This document shows, piece by piece, positions 1 through 8,561 of a stretch of DNA of 64,000 nt (its first letter is position 1; each line of letters starts with the position of its first letter). The notes under the pieces were generated by a model, which made no database searches, had not been told where the DNA came from, and saw only the letters and a program-made list of their open reading frames with translations. This stretch comes from a virus. The position numbers and the translations under genes are program-made. The stretch covers positions 1 to 64,000 of the IMG/VR virus record IMGVR_UViG_3300027365_000009, one strand, 5' to 3'.

Positions 1-83
1 TTTTTTTTTTTTTAGGGCCTCTTTTTTTTTTTTTTACTTATCCTATGGCCACATTGGTGAGCCTTTAGCTAAAGGAGTCCACT

Positions 84-956
84 ATGAAAGTGCGTTTCTT
101 ACGCGGGACGACAGAGGAGAATAATAGCCTTACGTTACCCGCAGGTGAGATTTCGATCAATCTCGATGACATGAGTTTGCGTCTCCATGATGGGGTGACG
201 CAAGGGGGCTTTGAATGCCCCAGTAACATGGCCTTTAACTTAGGCCCGGGTCCCAAGACGTTAGTGGCTGGTGATTACCAGCTCGGATACTTTGGTGAGA
301 TCAGTGCCGCGGAGTTTATTACTGGTGATCAGTTAACCGATGAGATGGGGGTGTCAGAAGGGGTGGGGATGAATTCCACCACTGCATGGTTGAAGTTTGC
401 CTATCAGGGGAAAATCCTCTACGTGGCAAAACAACCGATTCGCCATAGCGTGAGTTGGGAAACCCTCTACCAGTCCGGTCTGGTTTATGGGGTGGACGAT
501 GTGGGGATTCACCCAGCGGGAGCAAACGCTAACCAGTTCTCCCCAACGTTAATCGGTACTGATGGATTTAAAACCCGACTGTTAACTGGTGGTAATACCG
601 ATCCCGCTACGGGAGCGGGCGGCGAATGGGACCAGTTGATGGTGGCAGTCACCAACGGGACGTTTGCTTCATTAACGACCACCGAGTTGGGAGTCGGATC
701 AGGCAATGGCGCCACCAGCTGGGTCCAGGAAGCCATCTCTGGGACGCTGGCCAACCGGGTGGGGCGCGGTCAAACCTCGATCGCCGACTATGATAGTGTC
801 GCGGCGACTACCGTTACGGCCACGATGGGGTGGCGGCCGGTATTGGAGTTGACCACAGTGACCAAGATCCTCTTCCCGCCGGAAGACATCTATTATGAAA
901 CCGACTATGTGAAACCGTCGTACGTGTACGACTGGTCTTACAGTGACGCCCCGTAA
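84..956 (+). CDS. Mtd_N-domain virion/receptor-binding protein with C-terminal CLec-like domain (paralogue of the DGR target)
   Basis: N-terminus RFLRGTTEENNSLTLPAGEISINLDDMSLRLHDGVTQGGF resembles the Bordetella phage BPP-1 Mtd N-terminus. Shares GPGP-TL-AGD, WLKF, R-SVSW and GWRP-LEL blocks with 968..1819. RBS AAGGAG upstream. Confidence 0.8.
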   Translation: MKVRFLRGTTEENNSLTLPAGEISINLDDMSLRLHDGVTQGGFECPSNMAFNLGPGPKTLVAGDYQLGYFGEISAAEFITGDQLTDEMGVSEGVGMNSTTAWLKFAYQGKILYVAKQPIRHSVSWETLYQSGLVYGVDDVGIHPAGANANQFSPTLIGTDGFKTRLLTGGNTDPATGAGGEWDQLMVAVTNGTFASLTTTELGVGSGNGATSWVQEAISGTLANRVGRGQTSIADYDSVAATTVTATMGWRPVLELTTVTKILFPPEDIYYETDYVKPSYVYDWSYSDAP

Positions 957-967
957 AGGAGAGAGAC

Positions 968-1819
968 ATGAGCATTACGTTTAAGTTTACTAACCGTAAC
1001 CTCAATGAGGACGGCATCCGGGTGTGGCGTAGCGCTACCCCCTTCGATAAAGATACCCTGCCGGGTGCCACCCACGATGAACTCGTGGCGGGTACCAAGG
1101 TGTACGAGGATACCTTTGTGGCGCGGGGCGATGAGTATTACTACCTCTTCGAGACCTACCGGGGGAATGACAGCGCCTTCAGTAACCTGATTCACGGTAA
1201 GGCGCTACCGATCCTGACCGGTCCTGGCCCTCAGACGCTCTCAGCGGGCGATCACAGGCTTGGGTTCTATGGGGAGACCCTAGTGACCGACCTGGTGGAT
1301 GGCGACGCTCTGGCGACCTCTCTGGGCCTTACAGCGGGTACGTCACAATTCAGTAGTGAACCCTGGTTGAAATTCAATCATCACGGTAAGACGCTGTTCG
1401 TCGCGAAGAAACCGTATCGTCACAGCGTAAGTTGGGATCATATCGCGGCGGTGAATGCGGTGTATGGGGGTGAGACCGACGCCCAGTTTACCTCGGACTT
1501 TAATGACACCTTCCGTGTCCGTCTGTTGACCGGTGGTGACGCGGACCCAGCCTCCAGTGCCGGTGGGGAGTGGAATGACTTAATTTACCGGGTACATGTC
1601 GATGACCCCACCGGCACAAACTGGGCCTCTTACACCGATACCGACATCGTCGTGGGGACCGGTAACGGACGCGCCAGCTGGACCCAAGAGACGGCAGCAT
1701 CGAATTCGGGGTACCGCGTCTACCGAGGGCTTTCGTCCTTGGCGGGCTTCCACACGAATACTTCGTCGAATACGATTTCGACTTATGGTTGGCGGCCTTG
1801 CCTGGAACTGGTCGTGTAA
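968..1819 (+). CDS. DGR target protein: FN3/Ig-like N-terminus plus C-terminal CLec-like variable domain, likely virion adhesin
   Basis: Contains the VR at its 3' end and ends GWRPCLELVV, similar to the G(F/W)R motif of CLec-fold DGR targets. RBS AAGGAG. Confidence 0.9.
   Translation: MSITFKFTNRNLNEDGIRVWRSATPFDKDTLPGATHDELVAGTKVYEDTFVARGDEYYYLFETYRGNDSAFSNLIHGKALPILTGPGPQTLSAGDHRLGFYGETLVTDLVDGDALATSLGLTAGTSQFSSEPWLKFNHHGKTLFVAKKPYRHSVSWDHIAAVNAVYGGETDAQFTSDFNDTFRVRLLTGGDADPASSAGGEWNDLIYRVHVDDPTGTNWASYTDTDIVVGTGNGRASWTQETAASNSGYRVYRGLSSLAGFHTNTSSNTISTYGWRPCLELVV
1715..1802 (+). repeat. DGR variable repeat (VR)
   Basis: 88-nt ungapped match to 2298-2385 with 11 mismatches, all opposite TR adenines (e.g. 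aac>tac, aat>ctt, aac>ggc, aat>tat). Confidence 0.97.
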
Positions 1820-1877
1820 GAATGACTGGGTAGGGTAATAATACGCAGAGACGAACCATGTATTCGTCACGACCACA

Positions 1878-1916
1878 GCGGGGTCCTTCGAGGAGCCTGT
1901 CGACGAGGGACCCCGC
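1878..1916 (+). promoter_or_regulatory. GC-rich inverted repeat downstream of VR (candidate DGR homing hairpin/cruciform)
   Basis: gcggggtccttcg / cgagggaccccgc, 13-bp stem with one G-T pair, about 75 nt after VR, no U-tract. Confidence 0.55.
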
Positions 1917-1936
1917 CCCTAAATTTATATAGAAAA

Positions 1937-2272
1937 ATGTCGAAAATAACCGAACTTTCATCACGTATGGAAACCCTGCTAGGGACGATGTTGCCTACAT
2001 TTCGTAACTACCCGCGTCACGAACATACAGGGATGTGTCAGATTATCAAACAGAAAGCCTTTGAGGGGTTATTTCAATTACACCTTGCTGAATTCACCCA
2101 CGGTGCAGCACGAAAAGACGCGTTAAAGAAAACTCAAGCCACCTTGGTGTCGTTAATGACGGTTCACCAACTGGCATATAAGGAAGGATATATAACAGAG
2201 GGTTTTCTGGAGAATGTGTGTCGCGACACAGAAATTATCCTGAGTGGTGTGGTAAGCCAATTAACCCAATAG
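1937..2272 (+). CDS. avd: DGR accessory variability determinant (Avd-like four-helix bundle)
   Basis: 111-aa helical protein with NYPRHE (cf. FPK-E) and LAY-EGYI motifs, located between target gene and TR. Confidence 0.85.
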   Translation: MSKITELSSRMETLLGTMLPTFRNYPRHEHTGMCQIIKQKAFEGLFQLHLAEFTHGAARKDALKKTQATLVSLMTVHQLAYKEGYITEGFLENVCRDTEIILSGVVSQLTQ

Positions 2273-2297
2273 TATGTAAACGGTTTGGTCTATAATG

Positions 2298-2385
2298 CAC
2301 GTCAACCGAGGGAATTCGTCCTTGACGAACTTCAACACGAATACTTCGTCGAATACGAATTCGAATAATGGTTGGCGGCCTTGCC
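2298..2385 (+). ncRNA. DGR template repeat (TR)
   Basis: Non-coding copy of VR with 24 adenines and 9 AAY triplets in the target reading frame. Sequence after the GC-rich ggttggcggccttgcc diverges from VR (IMH*/IMH-like). Confidence 0.95.
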
Positions 2386-2553
2386 CTGACGGCTGTTTAT
2401 CTGATGGTTTGGTCGCTAAGGCCGCCTTCCGCATGTTATAGTTCGTCAAGGGGGCGAAATCGTTCGTTACCTAGATAACGAGAACACACTATGACTACCC
2501 CTCCCATCACGCTGTGGGGGTAGTCGCCCAATTATGCCGTAATGGGGTAACCG

Positions 2554-3588
2554 ATGTTTAACGATATCATGCACGAGGCTAACATCTCAGAAGCGTTCAA
2601 CGCGACACAACGTGGTGCGCCTAAACACAAACCCGCCGCCGTTAAGTTTAAACGACAGCAGTTTCATGAACTGGACAAGTTGGTCAGTGAACTTCATAAT
2701 GGGACCTACCGCCCGGGACCTTATGCGTCGTTTCTAGTACATGAACCAAAACAACGGGTTATCTTCTCACCGTCATATCGCGATAAAATCGTTCAACATA
2801 TGCTCAATAATGTGTTGTCACGACGGTATTATCCCTTGTTTATACGTGATTCTTACGCCTGTATCGAAGGTCGGGGTAATATCAGAGCAGTGCTCACCAT
2901 CCAACGGCAATTAAGGGCAATTCAGATAGAATACAATATCCAAGGCCACCTCGCAAAAAGTGACATCTCGAAGTTCTTTTACTCGATACCCCATGACATA
3001 CTCAAGCACATCTTGACCAAAGTAGTCACATGCCCGTTAACTCTGACATTGTTATATGAGATCATTGATTCTAGTCCGATCAACCCAGGGCTACCGTTAG
3101 GTAATTTAACCAGCCAACTATTTGCTAATATCTTTCTTAATGAACTTGACCAGTTCTGTAAGCGCCAACTGCGTATAAAACACTACGTCCGTTACGCCGA
3201 TGATATTGTAGTGACAACGACGGATAAAACTAATGCCGATATAATAAACGAGTTGATTGATGGGTTCCTTAAAGATAATTTACGTCTTACGTTACATCCC
3301 CGCAAAACCCAATCGTTGCCGGTTAAACATGGTGTTTCGACCTTAGGGTTTTTCATTACTCAAGAACGGCTTTATTTACTGGGACGACAGAAGTCACGAA
3401 TACGAAAGCTTTTGCATAAAACACCCGCACTACTGGAACAAGGACTGTCTTACCGTGTTATTGAACAACGTCTTAATAGTTGGTTGGCCTTCGCTCAACA
3501 TGCTAACCCGCAGTATTTTATTAGGGCCTTGCTCAATGATTACGATTTCCTTACCCTCGATAATTTAGGGCGGTTCCGATTAAGGTAA
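2554..3588 (+). CDS. DGR reverse transcriptase
   Basis: Motifs EPKQRVI, RDKIVQH, SYAC-GRG, DISKFFYSI, GLPLGNLTSQLFAN (DGR-type SQ) and catalytic YVRYADD. 344 aa, no maturase or endonuclease domain. Confidence 0.97.
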   Translation: MFNDIMHEANISEAFNATQRGAPKHKPAAVKFKRQQFHELDKLVSELHNGTYRPGPYASFLVHEPKQRVIFSPSYRDKIVQHMLNNVLSRRYYPLFIRDSYACIEGRGNIRAVLTIQRQLRAIQIEYNIQGHLAKSDISKFFYSIPHDILKHILTKVVTCPLTLTLLYEIIDSSPINPGLPLGNLTSQLFANIFLNELDQFCKRQLRIKHYVRYADDIVVTTTDKTNADIINELIDGFLKDNLRLTLHPRKTQSLPVKHGVSTLGFFITQERLYLLGRQKSRIRKLLHKTPALLEQGLSYRVIEQRLNSWLAFAQHANPQYFIRALLNDYDFLTLDNLGRFRLR

Positions 3589-3595
3589 AAAAAAA

Positions 3596-3615
3596 GCCTT
3601 CCCCGTAGGGAAGGC
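3596..3615. terminator. Terminator hairpin between convergent genes
   Basis: gccttccc-cgta-gggaaggc preceded by an A-run (U-tract on the minus strand). Confidence 0.75.
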
Positions 3616-3625
3616 AGTTATGACG

Positions 3626-4084
3626 TCATTCGTCATCGAAATCCATATTCAGTTGGCGCTGTACGTCACGGTGAGTGTGGTCCTGCTGTGTGGCATCCGC
3701 AATCGCAATGTCATACAACAGCTCCACCATATACAAGGGCAACTCCAGGAACTCATTCAGCGATAGACCAAACAATTTATGGAGTCGATACTGGTAGAAC
3801 CGACGAATGTGACTGAATAAAGGACCGCCTTCCATCACGTCTTCTTTATCGTGCAAGGCCACCGACGCCAGGGGACGTTGTTCGGTAGGACCACGCACAC
3901 GACTGTGGTTGAAAATCCCATATTCCGTTTGGTAACAGGACAGCCCGATCATCTCCGCTGCGGTAGGTCGTACCGCAGGGAGCTCACGTAAGAGGGCGTC
4001 GAACTGTCCTTCTTGACCGAGTTGATCCAACCCGAAGCGAGAAAAGCCCACGTGCCCGTTAGGGTCGTCCAGTGTGAGACTCAA
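3626..4084 (-). CDS. Tail/baseplate assembly chaperone-like protein, probably the -1 frameshift extension of 4120..5646
   Basis: Weak TTG start. Frame is open upstream to the T7 run at 4147-4153. LFGLSLNEFLELP resembles gpT-type chaperone segments. Confidence 0.6.
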   Translation of the reverse strand: MSLTLDDPNGHVGFSRFGLDQLGQEGQFDALLRELPAVRPTAAEMIGLSCYQTEYGIFNHSRVRGPTEQRPLASVALHDKEDVMEGGPLFSHIRRFYQYRLHKLFGLSLNEFLELPLYMVELLYDIAIADATQQDHTHRDVQRQLNMDFDDE

Positions 4085-4119
4085 ACGACTAAAACGGGCA
4101 TCCTCGTTCTGACTGGGAC

Positions 4120-5646
4120 TTAATTGAGCTTCCGGTTGACCAGCGTAAAAAAAGTGGTAAGGACATCCAGCGGTACCAGATGCGGGAAGCGTTCATGTTT
4201 CCCTTCACTTATCGTTTTCTTACAACTCGGACAATCAAACGAGGGAATGGCGACCATGCTTAACATGGCGTCATCCACAAACTCGGTGATCTTACCCAGG
4301 AAGCTCTCCGCGTACTCCTCGGTGGAGAACACATGGTTGAGTGCTTCGTTAATCACGTCGTCACTGTCGGCAATGACATCTTCCCCGTCATCGTCGCGTT
4401 CCCGAATGTCGGCCACCCAGTGTGAGTATTGACGGGCTGTGGTAGCTTCCCCCAGACTCAGGATATAGCGATCCCGATTGGCTCCATGTGGTGGTTCATT
4501 GAACGCCCCTTGCGTCATCTCAATGATGCCGTTGATCCAGTCTCGCCCCGCGTCTTCATACTCCTGGACGGTGGGGACTTTCAGGGTTACCCCAAGATCC
4601 TCGAACCACACCACTCGGTTATTGCCCCGCACTTTCTCAGCATGATAGAGGGTATACTCCTCTTCGGTGAGCTTGTGCTGGAAACGGCGTGCCATGAGTT
4701 TCTTCTGGGTCTTGGTCAGAGAGACACTGTCCGTCCAGAACAGACGGTTCAGGTTGAGGGTCTCTTTCACCACATGTTGACAATTTTCTGGGTCGGCCAC
4801 ACAGGGGTGAACATACGGGAACCCGTTGGGGTAGAGCGTGACTGCCAGACCCCACAGCAACGTCGGGATATCCAACACCCGTATACGTTCTTTTAGGTCA
4901 CTGGGTGTGCTGGTGTGGATGTTGGTGTCAATCACGTACTGTAGCGCAAAGTCCACCGCCACCGAGGTTAACACTTGACCGGTGTTGGAAAAAGCCATGC
5001 CTTTGGAATCAGACCCCAGCGTCACCTTTAGCTGACTCAGTTGGTACTGAAGACTTGTCAGGGCCGACAGCGGCGGGGTCTTCATGCGCACCCAAATCCC
5101 GCTGTGGTAGAGGGGTACGTCAAACACGGTACCCACGCCCGCACGACGGGACATATACGTGAGCTTTTCTTCGACAGTGTGATGCCCATCGCCCAGGCGT
5201 TGCTTGGGTTGACCGGGACGCAGCGACTGTCCTTCATACTCCAGGACCTGACGCCATTCACTCCCCTCACGAGTGGAAGCCTCTTCTCCCGCCTGATTGA
5301 TGTTAGCGTGGGTCAGGGCATTCATGACCGTACGGTACCAGGCATTGCCTTCATCGTCACCCAGCGTCCGGCCTTGGTCATTGGCCTTCTTAAAGATTGC
5401 CTCCTCTTGCTTGTCAATCTTTTTCAGCAGGTTATCGGCCTTGTCCAGGGTACCACTTACCGTACTGAACACTTCCCGGAACATCGCCAGGGCATCGCCC
5501 AGCATGATCGGTTTGTCCAGGTCCTTGGTGGAGGCAAAGTCTTCAACGAAATTCGCTGAGGATTCGGTCGGGGTCTCAGTACCATATTGCCCGGTGGAGG
5601 TGGTGTCCTCAACCGGTTTATCATCGGGCTTTTGTGAATCGTCCAT
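4120..5646 (-). CDS. Conserved phiKZ-like protein, putative baseplate hub/tail assembly chaperone
   Basis: 508-aa ORF with Cys pairs (CVADPENC, CPSC), syntenic position upstream of the vRNAP beta' gene. Confidence 0.55.
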   Translation of the reverse strand: MDDSQKPDDKPVEDTTSTGQYGTETPTESSANFVEDFASTKDLDKPIMLGDALAMFREVFSTVSGTLDKADNLLKKIDKQEEAIFKKANDQGRTLGDDEGNAWYRTVMNALTHANINQAGEEASTREGSEWRQVLEYEGQSLRPGQPKQRLGDGHHTVEEKLTYMSRRAGVGTVFDVPLYHSGIWVRMKTPPLSALTSLQYQLSQLKVTLGSDSKGMAFSNTGQVLTSVAVDFALQYVIDTNIHTSTPSDLKERIRVLDIPTLLWGLAVTLYPNGFPYVHPCVADPENCQHVVKETLNLNRLFWTDSVSLTKTQKKLMARRFQHKLTEEEYTLYHAEKVRGNNRVVWFEDLGVTLKVPTVQEYEDAGRDWINGIIEMTQGAFNEPPHGANRDRYILSLGEATTARQYSHWVADIRERDDDGEDVIADSDDVINEALNHVFSTEEYAESFLGKITEFVDDAMLSMVAIPSFDCPSCKKTISEGKHERFPHLVPLDVLTTFFTLVNRKLN

Positions 5647-5655
5647 GGGGAGTCC

Positions 5656-6135
5656 TTACTGCTGTGTCGGCATTTCAAGAAGATCACCGTGCTCAGCACG
5701 GATTACATCGACCAATGAGAACACCAGCGGGGAAATCACGGTGTCGAAGTGGTGCATCAGGTTGGTGTAGTCTTGACTGAGTGCAAACAGGATCGGCCAC
5801 TCGGCCTCAGTGGGTTTACCGGACTTGTCCTTGTGCTTGGCGTAGATGGCATCGATCTGCTGCTTGTAATCCTGCAAATCCCCAATCAGGGTCTGCATGG
5901 ACTTTTGAAACCCTTCTGGATCGGAGAGTTTCTCTTTCAAGGTGTCCATGTTGGCAAGAACCGGATAAGTAAAGCCCTGAGTGGAAAGCAGCTTCTTGGC
6001 GCTTTCGTGATACATCTGACGCAGGACTTCCCATCCTTTATCGGACTTCAATACCGTGGAGGCAACGACTTCCTCCGTGGCGCGAATGTCTTCATCAGTA
6101 ATATCGACATCGGGGGTTTGGGATTGATTGGTCAT
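5656..6135 (-). CDS. Hypothetical helical protein
   Basis: ATG at 6135 with AGGAAG upstream. Operonic with 4120..5646. Confidence 0.7.
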   Translation of the reverse strand: MTNQSQTPDVDITDEDIRATEEVVASTVLKSDKGWEVLRQMYHESAKKLLSTQGFTYPVLANMDTLKEKLSDPEGFQKSMQTLIGDLQDYKQQIDAIYAKHKDKSGKPTEAEWPILFALSQDYTNLMHHFDTVISPLVFSLVDVIRAEHGDLLEMPTQQ

Positions 6136-6303
6136 GAGACACTTCCTTTTTACAGAGAGACACAATGGGAGAACCAACGACTCAGTTTGGAGAAACGGCG
6201 TTGACTATAATAATAGCGTAAATCCGTACTTATGTACGATGGGACTTCACGCGTCGACGTAAAGGTATGTTATGACCCCCTTCTACGGTAGGAGAATATA
6301 CCC

Positions 6304-7137
6304 ATGATGGATGAACTGCGGATTGCACTACACGACATCATTCCGGAGGAGCGTATTCGGGTTTTCTTGGAAGCCCAACAGCTGCTTTCATCGATTGGCC
6401 TGTCGTCATTTGAAGACGAGTTACAGAATATCATCGGTATGCAAGATGGCATCTCCGATAACTATCTGTTCGTCGGCCGTATCCAGGACGTATTGATTTA
6501 TGCACTGGGCGACTCATTAACACAGTATGGCATTACCCTGGAAGAGAACACCACCCTTCCTGTCATGACGGGGATTCTCCAGGCCGTCGCTAACGTGGAA
6601 CACTACGTTATCCCCCAAGCCCTGTACGACATGACTCTCGCGGATTGGACGCCAGAGGAGCTGGTGGCGGAAATGACCCCGATGTTCAGTGACATCACCG
6701 GGGCGGAAGCGTTCGAGGCTATTGTCCACGTCGACGACGCGGTGGTGGTACGACTACGTGAAATTGCCCGCCAGGCAGTGGAACAAGACACCGAGCATCT
6801 GCCCCACCGTGAAGCGAAAACCGGAGCGATCAAGCGGGTGAATGCCCTGCTCAACCTCACCCAACGTGAGCATCCCCACCTCGTGGTGGAACTGGCGAAA
6901 TCCGGTGTCCCTTCAGGACAACCTCTCGACACTCTGTTGGAGACGTCAGTTGAGGCCCTCGATGGCATGCCGACGGAGAAGGCCGCCCTGGAACTCCTGG
7001 GTCTGGTGTTCTTCAGTGGCGTGGAGCCGGAAGCGCTCGGCGGCGCCTTAAAAGATGCGATTCAGGAATTTACCGATGATTACCAAGAACAGGTCCGTAT
7101 CGAGAAAGCGATTGAAGCGACCTGGGGAGAGGTATAA
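6304..7137 (+). CDS. Conserved hypothetical protein (phiKZ gp79-like position)
   Basis: 277-aa acidic ORF with AGGAG RBS, abuts the RNAP gene. Confidence 0.65.
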   Translation: MMDELRIALHDIIPEERIRVFLEAQQLLSSIGLSSFEDELQNIIGMQDGISDNYLFVGRIQDVLIYALGDSLTQYGITLEENTTLPVMTGILQAVANVEHYVIPQALYDMTLADWTPEELVAEMTPMFSDITGAEAFEAIVHVDDAVVVRLREIARQAVEQDTEHLPHREAKTGAIKRVNALLNLTQREHPHLVVELAKSGVPSGQPLDTLLETSVEALDGMPTEKAALELLGLVFFSGVEPEALGGALKDAIQEFTDDYQEQVRIEKAIEATWGEV

Positions 7138-7139
7138 CC

Positions 7140-8459
7140 ATGGACAAGCGGGACTATTTCTTATGGGCGCTAAAACAAGGCGCGGGTAAGAAGCGGGCGT
7201 GGGTGAACAGCATATTCGCCGTCACCGAACCCCCGAATGACGAAAGGATTTTAGGGCGTTGGTACTGGAATGAGAAGGGACAACGCGTGGCCCGTGATGC
7301 CGATACGGGAGACGAGTTTGTTATCAATACCAAACGCAAGGCGGATCAGCCGCTGTGTGACTTCCGTGAAGCCTTTGTGCTTCAGTCAGGAGACCTTCCC
7401 AACTACCAGGGGGATGGGCCGCTCACGACCACGTATGGGAATGTCTTCGTCAATTACCTACTTCTGGTGCTTCCGTTTGGCGACCTTTTCCCTTTCCAAA
7501 CCGGACACTTTTCCATCAAGAAGATTGAGGAGGAAATCCTCGGGCGTCTCATTGATAACCCGGAAGACGACGATGGAGTCTCTCACGCCCCAGACGGAAA
7601 ACTCTACGTCAGGCAGTACCTGCAGTTTTCTGAGTATGCCCTCTCCCTGGTTGCCTACGCGTCCATGTCGGTGGTCTCTGTCACACCGAAGGCACTCCAG
7701 TCCAATCCCAAGGCCCGTAAGCGCCGACAGGAGCTGTTAGAGGAGAATAAGGACAAACTCACTGATCCGATTGTGGCAGCCAAGATTGGTAAGGAGATGG
7801 AAGCCCTTGATCGTGAATGGTTGGAAGGTGATGCCGCGTATGACTTCTACGAAGCCAAGGGCAAGAAAGGCTTCGGGGCGGTTCGTAACAAGCTCTTTTA
7901 TCTGTTCGGTAGTGAGTCCGCCTTTACGGATGGCTCTGCGGTAACTCTGATTACCAAGTCATTGGAGGAGGGCATTGACCCCGAGAAACTCCCAGAGATG
8001 ATCAACGGTCTTCGTTACGGGTCTTACAGTCGCGGGTCTCAAACTCAGTTAGGTGGGGAATCCACCAAGACCATCTACCGGATGGTGGGGACGATTCGCA
8101 TTGAGGAAGACGACTGCGGTACCTCGTTGGGCATCCCAGTACGGATTAAAGAAGACAACGCCAAAGGGATGGTGGACTTTTGGGTGATTGATGGGAAACA
8201 ATCCGTGTTGCTCACCAAAGACAACGTCCAGTCGTATATTGGTAAGGATCTCTTACTGAGAAGTCCGGTCACCTGTAAGACCGAAGGACGCAACGTGTGT
8301 CGGCGTTGTGTGGGTGAGGCCCTAGCGGAGTTACCCGATGGTATTCCAGCAGCGGCTGCTGCAGTAGGAGGAATTTTCTTGAACAGTATGCTCAAAAAGA
8401 TGCACTCAGCTGGCGCTGTTAATACAAATAAATGGGATAGGACCAAAAGGTTAACCTAA
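7140..8459 (+). CDS. Virion RNA polymerase beta' subunit, C-terminal part (phiKZ gp80-like)
   Basis: Beta' C-terminal motifs IEEDDCGT, LRSPVTCK and VCRRCVG (Zn site), followed by LKKMH. 439 aa. Confidence 0.9.
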   Translation: MDKRDYFLWALKQGAGKKRAWVNSIFAVTEPPNDERILGRWYWNEKGQRVARDADTGDEFVINTKRKADQPLCDFREAFVLQSGDLPNYQGDGPLTTTYGNVFVNYLLLVLPFGDLFPFQTGHFSIKKIEEEILGRLIDNPEDDDGVSHAPDGKLYVRQYLQFSEYALSLVAYASMSVVSVTPKALQSNPKARKRRQELLEENKDKLTDPIVAAKIGKEMEALDREWLEGDAAYDFYEAKGKKGFGAVRNKLFYLFGSESAFTDGSAVTLITKSLEEGIDPEKLPEMINGLRYGSYSRGSQTQLGGESTKTIYRMVGTIRIEEDDCGTSLGIPVRIKEDNAKGMVDFWVIDGKQSVLLTKDNVQSYIGKDLLLRSPVTCKTEGRNVCRRCVGEALAELPDGIPAAAAAVGGIFLNSMLKKMHSAGAVNTNKWDRTKRLT

Positions 8460-8520
8460 TGCCTTAGGAGGTTTATTTCTTAATGCTTGCATCCATGAGC
8501 GATGTATAAAAATACTGAGC

Positions 8521-8554
8521 GTCTCCTTAATATGTACCCATCTGTTAAGGAGAC
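8521..8554 (+). promoter_or_regulatory. RBS-sequestering hairpin of the GIY-YIG gene with TATG in its loop
   Basis: Perfect 10-bp stem gtctccttaa/ttaaggagac containing AAGGAG. ATG at 8562. Confidence 0.75.
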
Positions 8555-8561
8555 CTCGTAG

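Larger units (their letters stand above)
968..3588 (+). mobile_element. Diversity-generating retroelement cassette (target-VR, hairpin, avd, TR, RT)
   Basis: Canonical BPP-1-like order. VR 1715-1802 and TR 2298-2385 differ only at TR adenines. DGR-class RT and Avd-like ORF present. Confidence 0.97.

Noticed and set aside
1-35. Poly-T runs at the window start
   Set aside because: Probably a terminator tail or contig-end artefact, not interpretable without upstream sequence.
755-840. 84..956 as a second target of this TR
   Set aside because: Same protein register, but many nucleotide differences at non-adenine TR positions.
2261-2449. 62-aa minus ORF
   Set aside because: Overlaps TR antisense and is best explained as non-coding DGR RNA.
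2554-3588. RT as group II intron or retron RT
   Set aside because: SQ motif, avd and TR/VR identify a DGR. No domain V or msr-msd was seen.
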